From NCBI GenBank assembly GCA_002269645.1, contig NIVC01000684.1, positions 186,001-250,000 of the forward strand: 64,000 nucleotides of DNA, in the 5' to 3' direction. Origin of the DNA: Macrostomum lignano (taxonomy: Eukaryota). A program made the position numbers and the translations under genes. Every line of letters starts with the position of its first letter. Positions within the stretch are counted from its first letter, which is position 1. This document shows positions 1 to 12,042 of this stretch, piece by piece. The notes under the pieces were generated by a model. The model was not told the origin of the DNA. It searched no databases and worked only from the letters and a program-made list of their open reading frames with translations.

Positions 1-1610
1 CAATAGTCGTTTCACGGTTGCAGTTTACTCTGTGTAAAGTTTCATGCTACGGGTTGCTTTTAGTATTTTGCTTTTGTTAAAATTTGAATATCAATGCGAA
101 TATCAATGGGGAAACAAATGCGTTCACGCAGTCACTCAGTCGCTGGCCAGCAAGTAAGTCGTAAGTAACAACGTGTAACGCATTATTTCTTACCAGAAAT
201 CATAACAGTCATTAGTAATTGTTGTATTGTATATGTGATTCCACCATTAACGGTTTTTAAGTTACTTTTTATGAATTCGCAAATATAATACAAAGCTAAT
301 TAGTAATTACAATAGCAGAATAGCTAAGCTAGGCCCTATCACAGCTATCGAGGCCTACCCGCCGTACCCGGCCAGCCGGCCTAGCTATAATTAATTAATC
401 TAGGCCTATGATTGCCGCGACTCGCTTAGTCAATATGTTTGCTCTTCAGTCTTCAGTAGGCTAGCCTAATTCAATGATGGAGCCTTTTACTTGCCTACTA
501 GTACTAAACTATACTAGAACAGGTCCTGGTCCTTTTTTCAACTGCTGTTTTGTCCACTGGGCACTGGGTTGACAAGGAGTGGATAGAATAGAATTACAAA
601 AGATTTGGTTTTGTGCCAGTAGCTAGAGTGCCCAAATTTACTTTGTTAGGGGTAGGCCCTATGCAAGTTCACAACAAAAGACAAGAGGTCTAACTGCCCC
701 CTTACTTTTATTTTACTATCTTCCTTAACTTAAGCTTATATGTAGGCCTAGCTTATGGTTACACAAAAGTTATGTCTAGATGCAATGTTTAGCCTATACT
801 GATAGTGAATTAATATTGTAATGTAAGAAGATAAAAATGAATTAGGGCCTAATCTTATATGGCTATAGTAATTTCACTCCTTTTTTAAGAGAATTGCATT
901 TTACTATTTATTATGGCTAAAAATTAATTTAAATGATTTGACTGATTTGTGTAAAAATTTGTAAGAAAACCAAATGTGCATTATAAATGCCAAACCAAAT
1001 GCATGCAAAAAATTCTAGCATGAATAATATCTTCAGAGTGTGGTTTTTTCACTTTTATAATGCAATATAATGTTAGGCCTAACAAATGATTTAAGCCAGT
1101 TATTAGGCCTCCCCCCATCATATATCTTATAGGCCTAAATTATAATATAAATAAATTAAGTGACTGAAGTGACTAAAATACATTAAGCTAACTAGGCCTA
1201 GCTAAGTAGATTAAAAATACAAAGGTCAATGTTTAATAATAGGCCCCTACTAGTAGGCCCCTACTTAGAAACAAGTACAAATGTGATATAAGTCATATAA
1301 AGACAAATATTTTCTAATTAGTTTAAGATAGAGCCTATCAATATCATACAACAAAAATGATACAAATTATTAAAGCAGTTATTTTATTTTCCTTATTATA
1401 AAATAAAAAAAATTTCTTGTAAAAATGTCATCAAAGATTGATGTAAAAAATAGAATCAGCTAGGCCTAGCTTATTTTGCTATGCCTATAAAAAGTTATAT
1501 AATATTAGAAGACAACATTGATCATATTCAATGAATCAATGGGATAAATAAATTATGCCACATTCAATGCTGAAGCAAGTTTAGATAAAAAACCATAGAA
1601 CATTTTAAAG

Positions 1611-1759
1611 CAGTGGTTCTCAACCTATGGGTTGCAACCCCCAGTGGGGTTGCATGACCATTTTCTAGGGGTTGCAGCACAAAAAATAATAAATAAATAA
1701 CTTAATGATATATTATATTGATTAAAGAAGAAGTTGCCTAAAAAGGTTGAAAACCACTG
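1611..1759. mobile_element. hAT (Charlie-like) MITE, 149 bp
   Basis: TIR CAGTGGTTCTCAACCT / AGGTTGAAAACCACTG (16 bp, 1 mismatch); 8-bp TSD TTTTAAAG at 1603-1610 and 1760-1767. Confidence 0.9.
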
Positions 1760-1914
1760 TTTTAAAGCACATATTGAAATATTTAAAAAGTTCTAAGATC
1801 TTTAATTGAAAAAAACAAATTGCAATCATAAAAATGTATTGAATCATTAAAGCCAAAACACAAAGAGAGAAAAAAAGAAAGCTAGGCCCTATATTGCATT
1901 GAGCATCCTATCCC

Positions 1915-2315
1915 ATTGAATCCCATTGAGCATGTCTGAGACTTCCTAAAATACAGCATTCAAAAAGATAATCCACCACAGAAATGTTATAAAGCTGTAT
2001 CATGCCATTGAAAATGCTTGGCAGCAGCTTTCCTAGGACTTTTTATGCTGCCTCATCTTGGAAATGCCCTATAAAGTTGCCATATACAGGGGATCCATCA
2101 CATATTTTGAGGAATTGCAATTCTAACTTTATATTGCATAAAAAATAAATTGTTTTGTATGACTTATATTTATTATTGACTCAATTAACTTTCCTTTCTT
2201 TAGGGGCTGCATAGTTGTATAACTTGAGGGTTGAATTGTGACTGAGAAGTTGTCACAATAAATGAGAAAGTTTTTATCTTACTTATAGGATAGAACTTTT
2301 GATAGTTGCTGAGTA
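1915..2315 (+). mobile_element. Heavily decayed 3' end of a Tc1-like DNA transposon
   Basis: Translates NPIEHV*DFLK...LYHAIENAWQQL (Tc1 C-terminus); alignable by eye to 41974-42360(-); ends in TIR ...AACTTTTGATAGTTGCTGAGTA followed by TA. Confidence 0.8.
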
Positions 2316-2376
2316 TATCATTCTCCTATTCCAGGCCTAATCTATATGCCAATTTTAATTTAAGTTATATATTTTA

Positions 2377-3356
2377 CAAGGGGTGTCCAAAAAGTAGTGA
2401 TACTTTTAACCGTAGCTCTCGTTATATAGCTTCCTGTGATTTAAAATTTTATGAACTGATAGTGGCAAATCTCTTCTACAGACTGCTTTTTGAATTTTTA
2501 AAATTGATACCAGAGAACAAAAGTTATACCCACAAAAGTAACAGTACCTGTACCATAGAGTTACACAGATTATATCAAAATTTATGATAGTCGACTTCTG
2601 CACTTATTCATTAAGAAGGCATCGATAAATGTCTTGTTTAAGCAATACCAAAGCCCAATTGCAAAATTATGCTCACTGCGACTGACTGAAATTTGTCTAT
2701 GGACAGAATCATGCGCAGAAAAATAAAGCATTAAATTCATTACTTTACTTGCAAATAGAGGAGCTTGCATTTTGCAATTGATTTCATTGCCCATACTCGA
2801 CAACACACATGAATGTGCACTCAGTTGTTGCTCAGCAAAGTACTATCTTCACTCTTTGGGGTGCTGGCCATAGTGCCTCAGAAATTCACGCAAAACTTTG
2901 CTCTGCGCACGGATTCTCTGCAGTCAGCAAAATGACATGAGTTTATCGATGGATGGAGCAGTTCAGCAAGGGAAGGACTGACTTGGCAGATCAGCATTGG
3001 ACGGGGCGACCATACGTTCATCGACCTGGTGGACTCCATTCTGAATCTTCTTGATGAGGACTCCCGAATGACCATTAAAGAGATCGCTGACAGGTTGGAC
3101 AAGCCAAAATCAACAATTCATAGAAGCTTACTCGGCATGGATCTCGTGAAGCTCAGCCTATAATCTGTGTAACTCTATGGTACAGGTACTGTTACTTTCA
3201 TGGGTATAACTTTTGTTCTCTGGTATCAATTTTAAAAATTCAAAAAGCAGTCTGTAGAAGAGATTTGCCGCTATCAATTCATAAAATTTTAAATCACAGG
3301 AAGCTATAGAACAAGAGCTACGTTTAAAAGTATCACTACTTTTTGGACACCCCTCG
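2377..3356 (+). mobile_element. Internally deleted mariner-like element with ~198-bp TIRs
   Basis: TIRs 2377-2574 and 3159-3356 (C[A/G]AGGGGTGTCCAAAAAGT...); TA on both flanks; interior carries a transposase N-terminal remnant. Confidence 0.88.
2809..3156 (+). pseudogene. Mariner transposase N-terminal HTH remnant (in-frame stop and frameshift)
   Basis: MNVHSVVAQQSTIFTLWGAGHSASEIHAKL...SKMT*VYRWMEQFSKGRTDLADQHWTGRP / LLDEDSRMTIKEIADRLDKPKSTIHRSL matches the mariner DNA-binding region; no catalytic domain present. Confidence 0.8.
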
Positions 3357-4189
3357 TAGTATAATGATGATTTTTTGTACTTCATTGGCATATTAAATTT
3401 GACTTGTTAACAATTCTTGGTAGAAGGTTAATTATTAATTACTATAATAATTTCATGAAAACTATAAGCATCAACTGCCATATACTACAATACCTTTATC
3501 AACAACATGAATCAAGACCCTGGCTTACTATTTGATGGTATTAACCTCAGTCCTTGCCTTTTTGTTTTGCAAGAATTTCGACAAAAAATAAAAACCCAAT
3601 CAACAGACAATTCTATCAACAGACAGCTGCTAGTTGGACTTGCTTAGCCACATCTGATCAGGTTGAGCTCGCAGATCTTCTATTGGGTATTGAAGATGGT
3701 GAACAGTTTTTGACAGATTACTACTGTCTGAGTGATGGTGTTGATGAATCTCTGTTGGATAATGAAATTACCAGGTAAGAATCTGAGTAAGAATATGTGC
3801 ACTAGGAAAATCAAAAATACAATCATGAAATCGGGTGTCATAGTGATAGATTGTAATATGGCGTTTAGTCTTTCTTGAGCCTATTAAAGCTTTTGAACAT
3901 TTAGATACATTTGGTTTTCTGTAAAAAACGATTTTTCTAGACATTTTTATTCTTTTATTCATCTAAAAAATATGGATATCTTTTTTCACAAAGATTTAAG
4001 ATCTTTTCCTTTAAAGATGATGAATATTTTCCTAAAAATATTTGCAATCTTTTCACCCAAAACTTTGACATTTTCCCCAGAGATTTGGGGTATTTTCTCT
4101 GAAAGATTTGGGCGATCTTTTCCCACAGAGATTAGGTTTTCATCAAACAAAGATTAGTAATATTTTCTCCTACTTCGTAGTTTCCAAAC

Positions 4190-7100
4190 ATGCATGCGAT
4201 GCATCTGGCCGGCTGGCCAGGTGCCCAGCCAGGGTAAGTCGCTAAAATGCCCACGCGAAATTAGACAGTATTAATTAGATGACGAGGCATTTAGCCTAAA
4301 TGTTATAGGTATAGTTACTCCTACCGTTTACCTATAATCTAGTGTAAATTAGGGGGTTGCACATGCATGTTCCAAGCATCAGCTTCCAACTAATTTAAAC
4401 CGCAGGCGACAACATTCTGAAGGGGAAGTATTCCGCCGCTCGTTGCTGGATAGTCGCTTATTAGACTATCGACAAGCATTCGAATACCTGCTTGAAACAA
4501 CCGACGCTAGTCTAGGCAGCAGCATATCGTGTAGAGAATTTCAAGTTTCTGACAGTCAATGGTCGCGACTCACTCTGCCAGATGCTTGGATTCTGCATCG
4601 ATTATTGTCAATTCCTGGTGTACAGATTGTTGACCGAGAGTCTGGCAGTTCGGTGACTGCCGATCAGCTGATTGATAAGAATAGGAGATTTCCGCTTTGC
4701 AACAATGTTGCGTCACCGCCAGCTTTGGCCGCCATCTACGATTATATGTGCTCTGCGCTGAACTGCCGCAATGTGGCTGCGTTCGCTCGCGTGTTCAATG
4801 CACCAGCCAGGGGTCTGAGCCATGCCGTTTTTACTGAACTGCGCAGGCAGGGTCAGGCTAAGGGATTGTCTCCCTTACAGGTGAGACATTGGACTGAGCT
4901 GCCAGCCTATCAGATCCTCCCAGCTTGAATTAGTATCCCAGATCCTTACGTAGCTACTCTCCCAGATGCTCACGTAGCTACTCTACCAGATGCTCAGGTA
5001 GCTACTCTACCAGATGCTCAGGTAGCTACTCTACCAGATGCTCAGGTAGCTACTCTACCAGATGCTCAGGTAGCTACTCTACCAGATGCTCAGGTAGCTA
5101 CTCTACCAGATGCTCAGGTAGCTACTCTACCAGATGCTCACGTAGCTACTCTACCAGATGCTCAGGTAGCTACTCTACCAGATGCTCAGGTAGCTACTCT
5201 ACCAGATGCTCAGGTAGCTACTCTACCAGATGCTCAGGTAGCTACTCTACCAGATGCTCAGGTAGCTACTCTACCAGATGCTCAGGTAGCTACTCTACCA
5301 GATGCTCAGGTAGCTACTCTACCAGATGCTCAGGTAGCTACTCTACCAGATGCTCAGGTAGCTACTGTCCCAGATGCTCACGTAGCTACTGTCCCAGATG
5401 CTCAGGTCGCTATTCTACCAGATGCTCACGTCGCTATTCTACCAGATGCTCACGTCGCTACTCTACCAGAGGCTCACGTAGCTGCTCTACCAGAGGCTCA
5501 CGTAGCTACTGTCCCAGATGCTCACGTCGCTACTCTACCAGAGGCTCACGTAGCTGCTCTCCCAGATGCTCAAGTGGCTGCTCTCCCAGATCCTCAGTTA
5601 GCTACTCTCCCAGATACTCAGGTAGCTACTCTACCAGATGCTCACGTAGCTACTGTCCCAGATCCTCAGTTAGCTACTCCCAGATGCTCAAGTAGCTGCT
5701 CTCCCAGATGCTCAAGTGGCTGCTCTCCCAGATCCTCAGTTAGCTACTCTCCCAGATACTCAGGTAGCTAATCTCCCAGATGCTCAAGTAGCTGTTCTCC
5801 CAGATCCTGAGGTAGCCACTGTCCTTTGTCCTTTGAGCAAAGCAGCCCTAACCTACTCATTCACCCAAAACGCAGATCGCGCAGAGCTTCGTAGGCCGCG
5901 TGAAGCTCGGCGGCTCTGGCTATGCCCCTGACCCGGCCGATCCGCTGCACGCCCATTCGGAGTCTTTGTCCGAGCTAGTGAAAACTTTCGGCCGTCTGTG
6001 CAACGCGTTGGACGATTGCGACAGCTCCGCCAGCTCCTTTGCTAAGCTGGTTGCTAACCTGTTGTCAAGGGATTCTAGCGGTAGATTTCCCGCTAGTGAG
6101 GTTAGTCTAAATTTTTGTAAAGTCTGTCTGTCGGAAAGGTGAGATTCCTAAGCCCGAAACTATGGGGTGAGATTCCTAAGCCCGAAACTATGGGGTGAGA
6201 TTCCTAAGCCTGAAACTATGGGGTGAGATTCCTAATCCGGTGTCTTATGGGGTGAGATTCCTAATCCAGTGTCTATGGGGTGAGATTCCTAATCCGGTTT
6301 CTACTGGGTGAGATTCCTAATCCGGTGTGTATAGAATGAGATTCCTAATCCGGTGTGTATAGAATGATATTCCTAATCCGGTGTGTATGGGATGAGATTC
6401 TTAATCCGGTTTCTACTGGGTGAGATTCCTAATCCGGTTTCTACTGGGTGAGATTCCTAATCCGGTGTGTATAGAATGATATTCCTAATCCGGTGTGTAT
6501 AGAATGAGATTCCTAATCCGGTGTGTATAGAATGATATTCCTAATCCGGCGTGTATAGAATGAGATTCCTAATCCGGTGAGTATAGGGTAAGGTTCCTAA
6601 TCCGGTGTGTATAGGGTAAGATTCCTAATCCGGTGTCTACTGGGTAAGATTCCTAATCCGGTGTCTACTGGGTATGATTCCTAATTCGGTGTCTATAGGT
6701 TTCTATATTCGAATATTTTTAGTATATTCTTATACTACTTTCAAAGTGAGTAGTATTGTATCTAATCTATAAATATATTGTTCCAAACGTCGTTAGATCG
6801 CCGACGCGTTGAGCATTGTGTCGAAACTGAAAACCGACTTCGGTGCTACTGTCGACTGTCGATCAGCTGTTCTTCGCTGCGTCGATTTCATCGCCTGCGG
6901 TTGCTATCCACAACCTCAGGTCGAGTCCCGGCTTTTAGCTTCTCAGAGCCCTTCTCCACGAGGGCGTATCCCCGTTGCCATAGCAACAGCGGCAACGCCG
7001 AGGCGAGGCTACGCTAGCGCAGGCCTAGTCGATATGTTTCGCAGTCCGAGTCTGCCTTCGCCGAAGACGCCAACGCCCACTAGGAGGCATCGAATGACAG

Positions 7101-8036
7101 CTGTGGCAGGCGGCAGGAATGACTCTGACGGGATTGACGGGTCGAAACGGAAGCAGCTGCAAAGGTGAGGAATAATTAGTCTGGTGCTCGGATAGTTTAT
7201 GGTTGAGATCCCATGTGTCTCTATTAGGGGTGACATTCTACCCGGTGTTTCATTGATTGAGGTGAGATTCTACCTGGTGTCTCATTGCTTGGGGTGAGAT
7301 TCTAACCAGTGTCTCATAGTTAGGGGTGAGATTCTGTCCGGTGTCTCATTATTAGCGGTGAGATTCTACCCAGTGTCTCATTAATTAGGGCTGAGATTCT
7401 ACCCGGTGTCTCATTACTTGGGGTGAGATTCTACCCAGTGTCTCATTAATTAGGGCTGAGATTTTACCCGGTGTCTCATTATTTGGGGTGAGATTCTATA
7501 GATTATGCAAAAAATCCCACGCCGCAATCTCCAGGACACCTGTGCTCGCCCCAGCGCCACTCTGGTCCAACCCCGAGAACCGCACAAGCCACCTGTCTCC
7601 GGTGGTTCCAGCTTCTCCCACTCCATTAGCATCGGTTGCTAAGGTAAACAGCGGCCTTAGCAACCAAATCCAGGAGACGTCGCCAAAACAGCCGCTTACA
7701 AGTAGAATAATTAACCGATTAGCCAGGTACGGCTTTGGTGACTCGGCTAGTTCAACGCCAGCTGACAATCAAGCCGATGACAAGCCAAGACGCAGCAGCA
7801 CAGGCTCAGTGGCGCCAAGGCAGCGACAGTCAAATACCCGCGCTAACGCCGCCGGCGCCGTCGTTAAGAAACGAAAATCAGATGAGCCAAAGCGCAGCGC
7901 CAGTTCAACTGGTAAAGTCAAAATTAAGAAGAATAGTAGTGGTGCCGCAAAGCAGTCAAGGAATTCTAGCGGCCTTGCTAGCAATAGCGCTGGAGTCAAG
8001 AGCCGTCTTGTGACAGATTTTTTTAAGAAGGCCTAG
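4190..8036 (+). CDS. PARPBP: PCNA-interacting partner PARI / PARP1-binding protein; exons ~4190-4233, 4406-4880, 5876-6100, 6797-7164, 7502-8036 (first exon/start uncertain)
   Basis: Spliced protein FNAPARGLSHAVFTELRRQGQAKGLSPLQ|IAQSFVGRVKLGGSGYAPDPADPLHAH matches the recalled vertebrate PARPBP block (LNIPDRGLGREAFTDLK...ELGGKGYAPPPSDPLRTH); also MFRSPS, SKRKQ and a C-terminal PIP-like VTDFFKK. All four introns GT-AG and phase-compatible; CTAAY branch sites before 4406 and 5876. Confidence 0.88.
4937..5820. repeat. 24-bp minisatellite (CCAGATGCTCAGGTAGCTACTCTA) in PARPBP intron 2
   Basis: Tandem copies visible; more degenerate toward the 3' end. Confidence 0.95.
6137..6692. repeat. ~27-28-bp minisatellite (GGTGAGATTCCTAATCCGGTGT + variable) in PARPBP intron 3
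   Basis: Tandem units visible. Confidence 0.9.
7210..7500. repeat. ~32-bp minisatellite (GGTGAGATTCTACCCGGTGTCTCATT + variable) in PARPBP intron 4
   Basis: Tandem units visible; related to the 6137 array; last partial unit supplies the acceptor AG at 7500-7501. Confidence 0.88.
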
Positions 8037-8061
8037 TCACGATGATAATTTCCAGGAAGTC

Positions 8062-8760
8062 CAGAGTCCATCAGTCCCAATTTAGAATCCATTAGTCCCA
8101 ATTCAGAATCCATCAGTCCCAATCCAGATTCTATGAGTCCCAATCCAGAATCCACGAGTCCCAATCCAGATTCCATGAGCCAATCCAGAATCCACGAGTC
8201 CCAATCCAGATTCCATGAGTCCCAATCCTGAATCCATTAGTCCCAATCCAGAATCCATCAGTCCCAATCCAGATTCCATGAGCCAATCCAGAATCCACGA
8301 GTCCCAATCCAGATTCCATGAGTCCCAATCCTGAATCCATTAGTCCCAATCCAGAATCCATTAGTCCCAATCCTGAATCCATGAGTCCCAATCCAGAATC
8401 CATTAGTCCCAATCCTGAATCCATGAGTCCCAATCCAGAATCCATGAGTCCCAATCCTGAATCCATGAGTCCCAATCCAGAATCCATCAGTCCCAATCCA
8501 GATTCAATGAGTCCCAATCCAGAGTCCATTAGTCCCAATCCAGAGTCCATTAGTCCCAATCCAGAATCCATGAGTCCCAATCCTGAATTCATCAGTCCCA
8601 ATCCAGAATCCATGAGTCCCAATTCAGAATCCATCAGTCCCAATCCAGAATCCATCAGTCCTAATTCAGAATCCATCAGTCCCAATCCAGAATCCATTAG
8701 TCCCAATCCAGAATCCATCAGTCCCAATCCAGAATCCATCAGTCCCAATTCAGAATCTAC
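8062..8760. repeat. 21-bp minisatellite (AGTCCCAATCCAGAATCCATY) just 3' of the PARPBP stop
   Basis: Tandem copies; explains the SPNPESI/MDSGLGL ORFs. Confidence 0.95.
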
Positions 8761-9311
8761 GAGTACATTGTCTAAGAATTTTTTCGGCTAACGAACTGCA
8801 TCAGCCTTTGCTTTAATTCTCCAGTCAATTTTAAGGGTTGCATTTACTGATGTACTTTAAAACAATGAAATTTCGTTGCGCGGTAAAAATGCTTTGTAAA
8901 AGGCGGAGCATTTTTTACCCAGTATTTAAGCTCCGTTTGTTTTACCTGTATTACTGGCGTACTTTATTTACAAATTTTATATGTATTTGTGTAGTAAGCA
9001 AAGCAAAGAAAATTCTATTAGCCCTACTATCAGTAGTAGCAGTAGTAAACTTTTACATCAGCCGGTATTTTTTGCAACCAGTTTAAAAATAAATTTAATA
9101 TTTATAACAAATTTAAAACGGTTTTTTAAATAAATTACCAATAATTAAGTAGCAAATTATAATACCGTGACAGGTTTTCAGTTAAGTAATATTTGCGTCT
9201 TTATGTCTTGGTCTCGTAATTCTTTGTATAAATTTATACTGTATTTTTTTACAATTCAAAGCTTTTTATAGTAACAAACGATTTAAATATTTATTCTATA
9301 TTGATTCGCCA

Positions 9312-9715
9312 GTGTCATCTATAAATTCGTCACTGACATCTATAGATTCGTCGCTGTATCTATAGATTCGTCACTGTCATCTATAGATTCGCCACTGTCA
9401 TCTATAGATTCGCCACTGTCATCTATAGATTCGCCACTATCGTCTATAGATTCGTTACTGATATCTATAGATTCGCCACTATCGTCTATAGATTCGTTAC
9501 TGATATCTATAGATTCGCCACTATCGTCTATAGATTCGTTACTGATATCTATAGATTCGCCACTATCGTCTATAGATTCGTTACTGATATCTATAGATTC
9601 GTCACTATCGTCTATAGATTCGTTACTGATATCTATAGATTCGCCACTATCGTCTATAGATTCGTTACTGATATCTATAGATTCGTCACTAACATATGCA
9701 GATTCGTCATTGTCA
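9312..9715. repeat. 20-bp minisatellite with 40-bp dimer structure; palindromic ATCTATAGAT core
   Basis: Alternating ...TTCGCCACTATCG / ...TTCGTTACTGAT units. Confidence 0.92.
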
Positions 9716-10339
9716 TCACTGACAGCTCTTTCGGACTTTGCTACTCGTTAATAGATTCGTTATTCTATAATTCTATAGATTCGTTTATTTTATCTAGGGA
9801 TCTTTCGTTAGTGTCATCTATAGATCTTTCGATTTCAGCAAGAGTTTGTGTCAGTTTTACTAAGAGATTAGCCGGCTGCAGTATAATAAAAGAAAGGTAA
9901 TTTTTTAAATTTGATAATTCCTTATAGAAAAGAATTCAAGAGTAACTTTTCATACTCTTGATTCGGACATCCTTTTGAGACCTGCTGCATGAGAATATGC
10001 GTCTTAGGACTCAAAGGACACTAATTAATTTGGACCTTGTGGCTAGAAATGTCATCTTTGATTATGGCACCGTAGTGCCCTTCTGTTTTATATATAGTAT
10101 ACTATTACTCCTACGCAGTCTTTAGAAGCGATGCCATTGGTTGTTATTAAAATCTGGAGAAATTAATTGAAAGAAATGCCTAAATACTATCTTTGTTTGA
10201 ATTCGTGACTTCTTTCCTGTCCATAACGAGCTAGCAACCTGAGTCGTCGCGTGTTTTTCAACATTCAGTTGTTTATATAACCTTTGCTGTTTATATTGCT
10301 ACTTCCCTTTGTTAGGGTGGCGTATTGGATAAGAGTCTG

Positions 10340-11125
10340 CAAGTCATGGTATCCCAGCAATTCTCCCTATGAGTCATGGCATCTCAGCAATTCTCCTGAG
10401 TCATGGCATCTCAGCAATTCTCCCTGTGAGTCATGGCATCTCAGCAATTCTCCCTGTGAGTCATGGCATCTCAGCAATTCTCCCTGTGAGTCATGGCATC
10501 TCAGCGATTCTCCCTGTGAGTCATGGCATCTCAGCGATTCTCCCTATGAGTCATGGCATCTCAGCAATTCTCCCTGCGAGTCATGGCATCTCAGCAATTC
10601 TCCCTGTGAGTCATGGCATCTCAGCAATTCTCCCTGCGAGTCATGGCATCTCAGCAATTCTCCCTGTGAGTCATGGCATCTCAGCAATTCTCCCTGTGAG
10701 TCATGGCATCTCAGCGATTCTCCCTGTGAGTCATGGCATCTCAGCGATTCTCCCTATGAGTCATGGCATCTCAGCAATTCTCCCTGTGAGTCATGGCATC
10801 TCAGCAATTCTCCCTGCGAGTCATGGCATCTCAGCAATTCTCCTGAGTCATGGCATCTCAGCAATTCTCCCTGTGAGTCATGGCATCTCAGCAATTCTCC
10901 CTGTGAGTCATGGCATCTCAGCAATTCTCCCTGCGAGTCATGGCATCTCAGCAATTCTCCCTGTGAGTCATGGCATCTCAGCAATTCTCCCTGTGAGTCA
11001 TGGCATCTCAGCAATTCTCCCTGCGAGTCATGGCATCTCAGCAATTCTCCCTGTGAGTCATGGCATCTCAGCAATTCTCCCTGTGAGTCATGGCATCTCG
11101 GCAATTCCTTCTGTGAGTCATGGAA
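10340..11125. repeat. 30-bp minisatellite (GAGTCATGGCATCTCAGCAATTCTCCCTGT)
   Basis: Near-identical tandem copies. Confidence 0.95.
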
Positions 11126-12042
11126 AATTTGAGTGTCAAAATCAAAAGTGCTGCTCACTCAGGATAATAGGATTCTGCAGAGGCCTACTGCTAGCCGCGA
11201 ATATGGTGCCTGGCGCATGCACTTTAACTAAGCCAACGGTACGATCGAGTATATACAGGCTGCTAATTTGTAAACCTGACTCCGTTTAACTGGCTCCGCC
11301 CTCTTGTCCAGTGCTATAAGCTAGCATCATAGTTTTGCTGCAACCTGACACCTGGTTGGTAAATAGTGGCACCGTGATGCAAAGGCGAGGAATTCAGGGG
11401 TGAGCAGAGTCAGCAGCAGCTGCAGTAGAAATCCTTTTTTTTGAGAAGAGGGAAAATTGGCTTGCAGTGTGCTCCAGGTTGGTGTTTTTTGTCCACTACC
11501 TCTGCCAACAGGTTCTAGGGAAGCAGGAAAATGCGGGGCTTGGATGGTCATGCACACTAGCATTTGGTGAATCCAATATATTCAAATTTGAGGTTAGCAT
11601 CGAATTTAAATAAATTTTATTTTTTATTGATTCTCTTGCTTCAAAAAGCAGCAAATCGACTCGATAATCTTTATAATATTCTACATTCATTGCTGCTGCA
11701 AGGGATGACTGATCAAAGGCTCCAACCAGCCGCTTTGGATTAAGGCAACTGAAAATGCAAACAATTTAGAGCTATAAAGAGTCTATTATTAAACTTTCAT
11801 TAAACAACTATAAAGAAGCACCTTTCTAAGGATTCGCTTAGATTTATCTTTCGAATTTCTCTTCGTTCGCAGGGTAGTTTCTCCTCTGTTCTCGTCATAA
11901 ATTTTACTTTTTTCAATTTCCCGCAAAGTACAAACTAGCGTCCAGAGCAGCAGCATCCATCCTGGATTGCCGGTCAATTTCCTCCTTTCTGTGCGGTTTA
12001 CATAACAAAAAGTACTTGCTGCTCTTGAGTACTGACTGATTC

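Noticed and set aside
3600-3774. Exon-like stretch ending ACCAG|GTAAGA as an upstream PARPBP exon
   Set aside because: Its open frame ends in phase 2 and is incompatible with the next candidate exon (phase 0); no similarity recognised.
4881-5875. In-frame PDAQVATL repeat as a read-through extension of the 4443-4928 ORF
   Set aside because: A phase-0 GT-AG intron (4881-5875) removes it and joins two conserved PARPBP blocks precisely.
6137-7500. CRISPR-like appearance (conserved ~20-26-bp core plus variable linker)
   Set aside because: Linkers are only 6-10 bp and related to each other; eukaryotic intron context; no cas genes.
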